Origin: an uncultured Candidatus Bathyarchaeia archaeon
GTDB lineage: Archaea > Thermoproteota > Bathyarchaeia > TCS64
Length of the DNA: 41,671 nucleotides
Reading direction: 5' to 3'
NCBI GenBank assembly: GCA_964495055.1
Contig: CAZBUI010000002.1
Span: 1 to 41,671 of the forward strand
A model generated the notes under the pieces. It saw only the letters and a list, made by a program, of their open reading frames with translations. It ran no database searches and was not told the origin of the DNA. Below are positions 9,300 to 16,012 of this stretch, piece after piece. The translations under genes and the position numbers were made by a program. Each line of letters starts with the position of its first letter. The stretch's first letter is position 1.

Positions 9300-9799
9300 T
9301 CATATTTTCGTTGACTTGTTTTTAAACTCGTTCATGATGCCTAGGGTACGCCTCGGGTTCTCCGAGGTGAACATCACCTGCTCCTCTTTTTTCCTGTTCA
9401 GCCTCACTGCGTCTCCGAACCTGTTGCTGAAGGCCTCGCCTCCCCTTATGCTGTACCTGAGCCCTAGTCCGCTGTACTCGGACGGGTTGATCTTAGTTAG
9501 CTCAATCGAGGAAGCGTCTTTGAAGGGAACCACCCGCTGTATCCACCAGTAAGACAGCGTCACGCCCTCGGCGTCAATGGCGATCTCGAGACTGCGAAAA
9601 GTAGCGTAGATGAAAGATAATAGGATAACCAGCGTGGTGTAGACCTGGTTTGTAGCCGGGTTCTATCCACCATCACCCCGGTAACGTGCTGGTACAGTAT
9701 CAGCCCCGACATGCCCGTGATCAAGCCTAGAGTCAACGCCTCGGCCCATATGGGTGGCCTGAGGGTTTCCCTGAAGAACCCTTTCTCCTCCCTCTCAGT
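9300..9799 (-). pseudogene. frameshifted small membrane protein (two TM helices plus PH-like/bPH-type C-terminal domain)
   Basis: The 3' frame is open from 9662 and encodes NPATNQVYTTLVILLSFIYATFRSLEIAIDAEGVTLSYWWIQRVVPFKD..., with no ATG, GTG or TTG before GTG 9563. A second frame upstream (9799-9660) encodes ...IWAEALTLGLITGMSGLILYQHVTGVMVD, a first TM helix. The two frames meet near 9660. Confidence 0.4.
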
Positions 9800-9891
9800 T
9801 CAGTGTATTCCCGCCTGGACCGGTATTTTTCTACGGTTTAGAACACCAGCTGAAACGAGCGTCATCTAGCCCTTACACTCTTTCAGTGGGT

Positions 9892-10536
9892 TTAGAGGAG
9901 GTTAATCTTCTCTGTTTCCAGCCTTCTCGCATCCTTGAGGTAGTGTTTGAACAGCTCTTCCCCCCACTCAATGGCCTCTGGGTTGCTGGACACCAAGTCC
10001 CTGGTGTAGTCGTATTCCCCATTAACCGCGTAGAGGCCCATGGAGAAGCTGTTCTCGGTCACGGTCAACGCGACACGCAGCCCATCGGTGAGGAATATCC
10101 TCAGCTTGTCCCTCGTGACGTAGTCGATGATCTGCCCGGTGTCCGCCAACGTCAGGGTCTTGTCGAGCACGCCGCTGGTGAGTATTAGGTCAACGGTCGC
10201 ACCCCCTCCGAGCAGCCTCTGAAACGCCCCCACGAAATCCGAGTGGAAGATGGGGGACATCCCCCGCACTCTGCTCGACTCCATGAGAAGCCGCTGGAAG
10301 GATACATGGACCCTGTCCAGCGCCGTGGAGTTGTCCTGGATAAGGGTCGAGCCCCGCAGCGCGCCTATTCTCTGCAGGAGGCGGCTGGGAATGGCGGTGA
10401 CGTCGTGCTGGAGCCAGAAGCCTTGAAACTCGTCTAGCACCTCCGCGGCCGACGCGGCCTCCCCTATGAGCGTCGCCTCCATGACCCCGAGGGACGTGAG
10501 CTTGTAGTCTTTGCCCTCCTGCCGGGTCAGCTTCAT
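9892..10536 (-). CDS. archaeal transcriptional regulator, DUF1724 / FilR1 family (wHTH plus C-terminal sensor-like domain)
   Basis: The 214-aa ORF covers the DUF1724-like C-terminal domain. The same frame stays open upstream to 10731 and encodes the expected wHTH (FRSELKLNILSSLLDGDKKLGALRDELGSSGSTIIHALRDLEAMKLTRQEG). That extension contains no ATG, GTG or TTG. Confidence 0.7.
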   Translation of the reverse strand: MKLTRQEGKDYKLTSLGVMEATLIGEAASAAEVLDEFQGFWLQHDVTAIPSRLLQRIGALRGSTLIQDNSTALDRVHVSFQRLLMESSRVRGMSPIFHSDFVGAFQRLLGGGATVDLILTSGVLDKTLTLADTGQIIDYVTRDKLRIFLTDGLRVALTVTENSFSMGLYAVNGEYDYTRDLVSSNPEAIEWGEELFKHYLKDARRLETEKINLL

Positions 10537-10748
10537 CGCCTCAAGGTCTCTTAGGGCGTGGATGATGGTCGAGCCGCTGCTGCCCAGCTCGTCCCTCAGG
10601 GCGCCCAGCTTCTTGTCCCCGTCTAGAAGACTGGAGAGTATGTTTAACTTGAGCTCGGATCGAAACAGCTTGAAGTACGGTGAACCCAGCGCTAAACCCC
10701 CACTAGGTTGTTTAGCTGAAGCAATATTTATTCACTTGGATAATCGGG

Positions 10749-11639
10749 TCAAAGCAGCTTCATTAGCGCCACCAAAGGCATCCACTCCCCGTCCACCGCC
10801 AGCTCCACCAGGAGCCTATCACGCCCCTTCTCGGAGAAGACCCAGATTATCAGGTAGCCGTACCCCACTCCAAAGAAAAGCGCCGGCATATACTCCATGA
10901 ACAGACCCTGCGTGATGCAGTAGAGCAGCCATGGAAGCAGCAGTGTGTTCACGGTCAGCAAGAGTATTCTCGTCGCAGCTAGGCCCAGGGATATGGGTAG
11001 CGTGTCCACCCCTGAGGCCATGTCGCCGTCCATGTCGCGGACGTCGCACAGGACGGTATTCACCAGTATCTGGATGAATATGTACGTGAACGCTAAAACT
11101 ATCTTCGAGCTATCCACGGCATGTCCGCCGGCCGGCAGCAGGGCGCCGGTGAACCCCCAGCTGAAGGCCACCAGGATGCTCTTCAGGCCCAGCATCTCTT
11201 TGAGCCGGGGAACCGACGGCGACAGCTTGAAGCTGTAGAGGATGGACGCGACGAAAGATGCGACGACTACAGTCAGGGCTTGAGCCCCTACCGAGGCGCT
11301 TAAAAGGAGGCAGAGAGCGGAGGCGATCAACGAGGGCACTAGGAAGAAGAGGGTGTTTCTTGAAGCCGCCTGCGGCCTGTTTATGGAGTCCTCGCTTCTG
11401 TCGGTGGCTCTGTTCATGTTATATACTGAGAAGGTCGCGAGGAAAGCTATGAACAGGATTCTTGGCTCGACTTTGAGGCCGTAGAGTAGGGAGCTGAACG
11501 CCGCTACTATGGAGGCGTTCAGCGCCAGGAACATCGATGTCGAGGTTAGGAGCTCAAGGAGACACGATAAACCTCTAAGGGTATCCGGTGAGAACGGCGC
11601 AGACTTCGTCTCACTTGTAACAACCTTGTTGCCCACCAT
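10749..11639 (-). CDS. UbiA family prenyltransferase (integral membrane)
   Basis: The first Asp-rich motif is NMNRATDRSEDSINRP (N..x.D...D) and the second is CDVRDMDGDMASGVD. The protein has about 8 hydrophobic helices. I chose the start at ATG 11639 because AAGGAG lies about 10 nt upstream. The ORF track's start is 11726. Confidence 0.8.
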   Translation of the reverse strand: MVGNKVVTSETKSAPFSPDTLRGLSCLLELLTSTSMFLALNASIVAAFSSLLYGLKVEPRILFIAFLATFSVYNMNRATDRSEDSINRPQAASRNTLFFLVPSLIASALCLLLSASVGAQALTVVVASFVASILYSFKLSPSVPRLKEMLGLKSILVAFSWGFTGALLPAGGHAVDSSKIVLAFTYIFIQILVNTVLCDVRDMDGDMASGVDTLPISLGLAATRILLLTVNTLLLPWLLYCITQGLFMEYMPALFFGVGYGYLIIWVFSEKGRDRLLVELAVDGEWMPLVALMKLL

Positions 11640-11811
11640 AGCCCCGGTTCTCCTTTTTGGGAATCTTAAAAGAGGTTTGAGGAGGTTGAATCTGAAAGAC
11701 GAATCCCTAGGTGGGCTACGAATCAAACGGCCGTATAGGTGAAGGAACGGCTAACGGAGGCGTTCTTTCTTAAGCATGATTGCTGTTTTAACGTGTCCCC
11801 TCTATCACTTT

Positions 11812-11830
11812 TATCAAATACGTGTCAAGT
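11812..11830 (+). promoter_or_regulatory. second copy of the ATACGTGTCAAGT motif (TATCAA-ATACGTGTCAAGT)
   Basis: It lies in the roughly 500-nt intergenic region between the UbiA gene and the REC-PAS gene. An extra ACGTGTC sits at 11791-11797 and an extra TCAAGTC at 11841-11847. Confidence 0.45.
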
Positions 11831-11986
11831 CGCGGGTTCATCAAGTCATCCTATTTACATGTTTGTGGAGGACGGCTCTCTACTTTATAGCAAGCTTCAA
11901 ATATGTAGAATGAAACATGATAATTTATAATGCATTTAATGCCTTTATACATATTATTTATTATTCCTGTGTAGAAATATTATCGG

Positions 11987-12008
11987 ATTATAACAATATT
12001 GTTATAAT
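11987..12008. promoter_or_regulatory. perfect 22-bp palindrome ATTATAACAATATTGTTATAAT in an AT-rich intergenic region
   Basis: Read directly from the sequence. The left half, ATTATAACAAT, is the exact reverse complement of the right half. It lies 130 nt upstream of the REC-PAS gene. Confidence 0.6.
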
Positions 12009-12137
12009 TCAACAATGCTTTGTTTTCTTAATGGTTATATATCATGAAGATATTTAATGCTCATTTAACGTATCTATAATCATCGATTAAATAAAAGCCG
12101 CAACGCGGTAGGGGCTGGGGGAGACGGCGGAGAAGAA

Positions 12138-12935
12138 GTGACCGAGGAAGAGATGAGCGGCGAGAAACCGATCCGGGTCCTGCACGTGGACGACGAGAAG
12201 AGCCAGCTCGAGTTCACCAAGATGTTCCTGGAGGAGCTGGACGAGGGGGTCACGGTGGACTCCGTACGCGACCCTCTGGAGGCTATCCGGCTTCAAAGCA
12301 GGAACGGCTACGACGTCATCGTCAGCGACTACAAGATGGTCTCCATGACGGGCCTCGAGCTGCTCCAGAGGGTGAGGGAGAGGAGCGATGTTCCCTTCAT
12401 CCTGTACACGGGGAGGGGCAGCGAGGAGATAGCCGAGTCGGCGTTCGATGCCGGGGTGGACGACTACCTGAAGAAGGAGGCCGATCTCGGCCACTACCAG
12501 GTTCTCTCGAAGCGGATAAGGCAGGCGGTTGAGAAGTACCGGGCGGAGGAGCTGTACCACAGGGTCGTCGAGGAGAGCAGGGACGGCATCGTCGTCCTCT
12601 CCGACGGCAGGATCGTTTTCGCTAACGACGCCATGTGCCACATGCACGGCGGCGGCTTACCCGAAGGCCTCATCGGCAGTCCCTTGGCGAGGTTCGTGGT
12701 CGAGACCGAGGAGGAGATCAACCGTTGCCTTGACTCGATGGGGGGCGATGACGTGAACCGTTTGTTTGAGGTCAACTTCATTACCAGCACGGGCGCGGTG
12801 AGGACAGCCGAGGTCTCGGCGTCGAGGATCAGCTACCTCGGCAAACCGTCTATCCTCTGCTACCTCAGGGACGTATCCGAGAGGAAGCGTATGGAGGAGC
12901 GTCTTGAGGCGCTCATAGATAGAAGGCCTTTATAA
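12138..12935 (+). CDS. response regulator: CheY-like receiver domain plus PAS domain, no output domain
   Basis: The REC motifs are IRVLHVDDE, the phospho-acceptor context DVIVSDYKMVSMTG and YLKK. The PAS-like part is YHRVVEESRDGIVVLSDGRIVFANDAM...EVSASRISYLGKPSILCYLRDVSERKRMEE. An alternative start is ATG 12153. Confidence 0.8.
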   Translation: MTEEEMSGEKPIRVLHVDDEKSQLEFTKMFLEELDEGVTVDSVRDPLEAIRLQSRNGYDVIVSDYKMVSMTGLELLQRVRERSDVPFILYTGRGSEEIAESAFDAGVDDYLKKEADLGHYQVLSKRIRQAVEKYRAEELYHRVVEESRDGIVVLSDGRIVFANDAMCHMHGGGLPEGLIGSPLARFVVETEEEINRCLDSMGGDDVNRLFEVNFITSTGAVRTAEVSASRISYLGKPSILCYLRDVSERKRMEERLEALIDRRPL

Positions 12936-12955
12936 AACCTCTATCCTGCGCCAAG

Positions 12956-13256
12956 GTGGTTGGTGTGCTGGGTGTAACCCATCTTCTGTCGTGGGCGGCA
13001 TTCAGCTAAGCGGGCTACCCGCGCCCCCCGTAGGAGGGTATCGGCGCCTATTCGCCCTTGCACCCTGCGGGTCAGTCGTCTCACCCAAGCCCGTGGCGAT
13101 CTCGTCCTCCGAGGATTCACGGCGCGCCACGGGAGGTCTCGTTTCTGTCTGTTGCCAAGAGTCTCCCCTTACGCCTCGCGGCGTCGCAGCCCTACGTGGT
13201 GGATGGAGTTTCCTCAGACCAGTGGCCCGGAGGCCGCCCCCCAGCTCACCAACCAC
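12956..13256 (-). ncRNA. rnpB: RNase P RNA, archaeal type A
   Basis: All motifs below are read on the minus strand. CR-I is GAGGAAACUCCAUCC (13215-13201). CR-IV-like is GCAACAGACAGAAAC (ACAGAAAC = 13148-13141). CR-II/III-like is GGGUGCAAGGGCGAAUAGGCGCC. CR-V is GACAGAAGAUGGGUUA (12990-12975). P4 forms with a bulged U: AAC(U)CCAUC pairs with GAUGGGUU. P1 pairs 13256-13240 with 12972-12956 (GUGGUUGGUG-A-GCUGGG / CCCAGC-A-CACCAACCAC). P2 pairs GGGCGGC (13239-13233) with GCCGCCC (12999-12993). A TATA box lies about 26 nt upstream. Confidence 0.88.
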
Positions 13257-13276
13257 ATGCGTAGAGAAAACAGTCG

Positions 13277-13289
13277 AATAAATATATAG
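13277..13289 (-). promoter_or_regulatory. TATA box for the RNase P RNA gene
   Basis: The minus strand reads CTATATATTTATT, centred about 26 nt upstream of the 5' end of helix P1 (13256). Confidence 0.6.
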
Positions 13290-13339
13290 TGGATGTGCGT
13301 CGTGCATATCGCTATGAATGATGTTCCCTGGGTGGAAGT

Positions 13340-13522
13340 ATGCGTGGCGCTGTGGAGAAACATGGTGCGGTGGGCGGCGGGGGAGCCGTGAACGAAGACA
13401 GGAAACCCATCGCGCATGACGCCTACGAGAGGCTGGCGGACGCCTACGCCGAGATGATCGAGACCAAGCCGCACAACGCGCACCTGGAGCGGCCGGCCAT
13501 CCTGTCTCTGCTCCCGACGTGA
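13340..13522 (+). CDS. N-terminal fragment of a class I SAM-dependent methyltransferase (split from the downstream ORF)
   Basis: It encodes ...AHDAYERLADAYAEMIETKPHNAHLERPAILSLLPT*. This pre-motif-I leader is normally followed directly by the V-K-G-x-R-VLDxGCGxG motif found at the start of the next ORF. Confidence 0.5.
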   Translation: MRGAVEKHGAVGGGGAVNEDRKPIAHDAYERLADAYAEMIETKPHNAHLERPAILSLLPT

Positions 13523-14112
13523 AAGGCAGGCGAGTGCTGGACGCCGGATGCGGATCCGGATTATACGCCGATCTGCTGGTCCAGCGAGGAGCCGAGGTGG
13601 TCGCAATAGACGCCAGCCCAAGGATGCTTGAACACGCGCGGCGGAGGCTGGGCGGCAGAGCCATGATCATCCTGCACGACCTCAGGGAGCCCCTGGTCTT
13701 CCTCGGGGACGGCTCGGTGGACCTCGTCTTCGCCTCCCTCGTCATGGACTACATCCTGGACTGGGTGCCCATCTTCAAGGAGTTCAGGAGGGTGCTGAAA
13801 GGCGGCGGCGTCCTCTTCTTCAGCGTCGGCCACCCGGCCATCAACTTCGTACTCAAGGAGGGGATGGAGGACTGCTTCTGCGTCCACAGGATGGAGGTGC
13901 TTTGGACCGGCTTCGGCGTGGAGGTCGTCATGCCCAGCATCCACAGGCACATCGATGCGATGGTGGAGTCCCTCCACGAGGCAGGGTTCCTAGTGGAGAG
14001 GCTTATCGAGGCGAGGCCCACGGAGGACTACAGGAGGGCCGCCCCTGAGGGCTGCGTGAAGGTCTCCAAGAGGCCATCGTTCCTCAACATCAGGGTGGCC
14101 CCGAAGCCCTAA
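13519..14112 (+). CDS. class I SAM-dependent methyltransferase core (Methyltransf_11-like)
   Basis: Motif I is VLDAGCGSGLYA. The acidic post-I residue is in VVAIDASPRMLE. Motif II is VDLVFASLVMDY and motif III is LKGGGVLFFSV. It starts at a GTG that overlaps the upstream TGA (GTGA). Confidence 0.8.
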   Translation: MKGRRVLDAGCGSGLYADLLVQRGAEVVAIDASPRMLEHARRRLGGRAMIILHDLREPLVFLGDGSVDLVFASLVMDYILDWVPIFKEFRRVLKGGGVLFFSVGHPAINFVLKEGMEDCFCVHRMEVLWTGFGVEVVMPSIHRHIDAMVESLHEAGFLVERLIEARPTEDYRRAAPEGCVKVSKRPSFLNIRVAPKP

Positions 14113-14128
14113 TCCCTCTTTTACCTTT

Positions 14129-14180
14129 GTGTTCAATCGATTGATCAGTTGTTTATAAATAGGTGTTCAATGCTCTGAAC
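14129..14180 (+). promoter_or_regulatory. strong TATA box (TTTATAAATA, 14151-14160) flanked by two copies of GTGTTCAAT, each inside a palindrome
   Basis: GTGTTCAAT occurs at 14129-14137 and 14163-14171, 34 nt apart. The first copy runs into the perfect palindrome TCAATCGATTGA (14133-14144). The second runs into GTTCA-N6-TGAAC (14165-14180). Confidence 0.5.
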
Positions 14181-14345
14181 ATACTCCACACAGACCCTGC
14201 AGACACCGACAGAAGCAAGCATCCAGCCTCATCAAGACGTATTTTTCCAATATTGCAGCCTACTCGACACAAGCCGGACCCGCCACAGCAACAACCCAAA
14301 CCACTCCTGTTATATCCCCAAAGCCAATATCAAGTTGAGAACACC

Positions 14346-15773
14346 GTGAATCCCAACGTCCTGAGCCAGCGGTACGCGACCCCCGAGATGAACAGGATAT
14401 TCAGCGAGGAAGGCAAGACCATCATGGAGCGTGAGCTCTGGCTCACCGTGCTCAAGGCCCAGAGGCGGCTCGGCATGAACATACCCGACGCCATCATAGA
14501 TAGATACGAGGCCACCAAGGAAGACGTAGACCTTGACCGCATCAACGAGATCGAGCTGCGCACCAAGCACGACGTCAAATCCAAGATAGAGGCCTACAAC
14601 GAGGCGGCCGGCGGCGCAGAGTACATACACCTGGGCATGACGAGCAGGGACCTCACGGACAACGTCGAGCAGCTCCAGATCAGGGACGCCATGAAGCTCA
14701 TCCGCGGAAAGTACGTATCGGTCCTCCGCCACCTTCTGGAGAAGGCCGAGGATTACGCCGCCGTGGAGCTCACCGCCAGGACCCACCGCCAGCCGGCCCA
14801 GGCAACCCTGCTGGGCAGACGGTTCAGCATGTGGGCCGAGGAGTTGCTCCTGCACCTGAAGGAGTTCGAGGCGTTCATCGACGGCTACCCGCTCCGCGGC
14901 GTAAAGGGGGCCGTGGGCACCCAGTTCGACATGGCCGAGCTCCTGGGCTCCCCGGAGAAGGCGGTCAGGCTGGAGCGGATGGTTGCGGATGAGCTGGGCT
15001 TCAGGGAGCTCATGGACTCCACGGGCCAGGTCTACCCCCGGAGCCTGGACTACAAGGCGGCGGCCCACTTGGCGGCGCTGGCCTCGGCTTGTGAGAACTT
15101 CGCCAAGTCTATGAGGCTCATGGCGGGCCACGAGCTTGTCACCGAGGGCTTCGCTGAAGGCCAGGTGGGGAGCAGCGTCATGCCCCACAAGATGAACACC
15201 AGGAGCACCGAGCGCATCTGCGCTTTGAGCGAGCTCCAGAAGATGTACGCCGACGGCGCGTCGAGGCTCGCCGGCGACCAGTGGGAGGAGGGCGACGTCT
15301 CGTGCTCGGCGATACGCAGGGTGATAATGCCTGACGCGTTCTACGCCGCCGACGGCCTGGTCGAGACCACCCTCACGGTCCTCAACCAGATGGGCGCCTA
15401 CCCGGTGGTCATCGGTAGAGAGCTGGATAGGTACCTCCCGTTCCTCGCCACCACCGAGATCCTCGCCCTGGCCGTCAAGCATGGCATGGGGCGGGAGGAG
15501 GCCCACGCCGCCATCAAGAGACACGCCGTCGCCGAGGCGCTCCGGATGAGGGAGAGGGGGGCCTCCGATAACAGACTCGTAGAGCTGCTGGCGGAGGAAC
15601 CATCCTTCAAGGCCGTAGGCGTCACGCCCGAGGAGCTCCGCGGAGTCCTGAGGGACAAGAGCCACTTCGTCGGGAACGCCCACCAGCAGATCTTGGCGGT
15701 CAAGGAGAAGGCCGCGCCGCTCCTCAAGAAGTACAGCAAGGAAGCCGCGTACGAGCCAGGCGCCATCCTCTGA
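14346..15773 (+). CDS. purB: adenylosuccinate lyase
   Basis: The N-terminus LSQRYATPEMNRIFSEE is typical of PurB. The fumarate-lyase signature is GSSVMPHKMNTRSTE. I chose the start at GTG 14346 (475 aa). The 61 upstream in-frame codons are C/A-rich low-complexity sequence and unlikely to be coding. Confidence 0.88.
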   Translation: MNPNVLSQRYATPEMNRIFSEEGKTIMERELWLTVLKAQRRLGMNIPDAIIDRYEATKEDVDLDRINEIELRTKHDVKSKIEAYNEAAGGAEYIHLGMTSRDLTDNVEQLQIRDAMKLIRGKYVSVLRHLLEKAEDYAAVELTARTHRQPAQATLLGRRFSMWAEELLLHLKEFEAFIDGYPLRGVKGAVGTQFDMAELLGSPEKAVRLERMVADELGFRELMDSTGQVYPRSLDYKAAAHLAALASACENFAKSMRLMAGHELVTEGFAEGQVGSSVMPHKMNTRSTERICALSELQKMYADGASRLAGDQWEEGDVSCSAIRRVIMPDAFYAADGLVETTLTVLNQMGAYPVVIGRELDRYLPFLATTEILALAVKHGMGREEAHAAIKRHAVAEALRMRERGASDNRLVELLAEEPSFKAVGVTPEELRGVLRDKSHFVGNAHQQILAVKEKAAPLLKKYSKEAAYEPGAIL

Positions 15774-15801
15774 TACGTGACCACACGGTAAGCCCAGCCG
15801 T

Positions 15802-15854
15802 CTGATGCTTTTGTCCATCAGTCAAGTATGTAATATTCCTTTCGGATTTTTTTT
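15802..15854 (+). terminator. hairpin plus T8 tract downstream of purB
   Basis: CTGATG (15802-15807) pairs with CATCAG (15816-15821), leaving an 8-nt loop. A run of eight T follows at 15847-15854, consistent with an archaeal oligo-T terminator. Confidence 0.45.
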
Positions 15855-16012
15855 ATCAAATATCTATTTATACAGGAATGTGGGGAGTATGTGGCATCAA
15901 GGAGTGAATCAAACTCAGCAAAGTTAATACTAAAGAGCGTAACGCTCGAACGATTGAGGAGATTAATGAGAAGATCAAGAACGGCGACGTTCAGGTTCTT
16001 ACTGTTTCTGAG

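Noticed and set aside
11739-11930. 63-aa GTG-initiated ORF in the UbiA/REC-PAS intergenic region.
   Set aside because: It spans the regulatory motif copies and AT-rich promoter DNA. Its composition is Cys/Leu/Ser-rich with no motif, and no SD or TATA box is at a suitable distance.
11870-12110. AT-rich region with palindrome, considered as a replication origin.
   Set aside because: There is no adjacent orc1/cdc6 gene, and I saw no repeated ORB-like boxes of about 20-30 nt flanking an unwinding element. It is more simply a complex promoter region.
13002-13745. 247-aa minus-strand ORF and 96-aa, 68-aa and 135-aa ORFs over 12991-13621.
   Set aside because: The region is explained by the RNase P RNA gene (12956-13256) and by the sense-strand methyltransferase. 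The translations are R/P/S-rich nonsense.
14163-14345. 61-codon N-terminal extension of purB (MFNALNILHTDPADTDRSKHP...QPKPLLLYPQSQYQ).
   Set aside because: The extension is C/A-rich low-complexity sequence and contains promoter-like elements, including TATA boxes and a T5 tract. PurB homology starts at VNPNVLSQRY, so GTG 14346 is the more plausible start.
14310-15818. 502-aa ORF antisense to purB. Similar long antisense ORFs occur at 21754-23043, 32231-33637, 12087-12647, 27918-28448 and 36593-37069.
   Set aside because: These are shadow ORFs, typical opposite GC3-rich genes. Their translations are low-complexity and rich in G, R, A, P, V, L and H, with no motifs. In every case the sense strand carries a clearly recognisable conserved protein.
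15905-15907. In-frame TGA between ATG 15878 and the conserved COG1900 N-terminus, considered as possible selenocysteine or read-through.
   Set aside because: The 9 codons before the TGA are not conserved-looking and overlap the TATA-to-TSS interval, and no SECIS-like element is evident. An indel or a non-canonical start is a simpler explanation.
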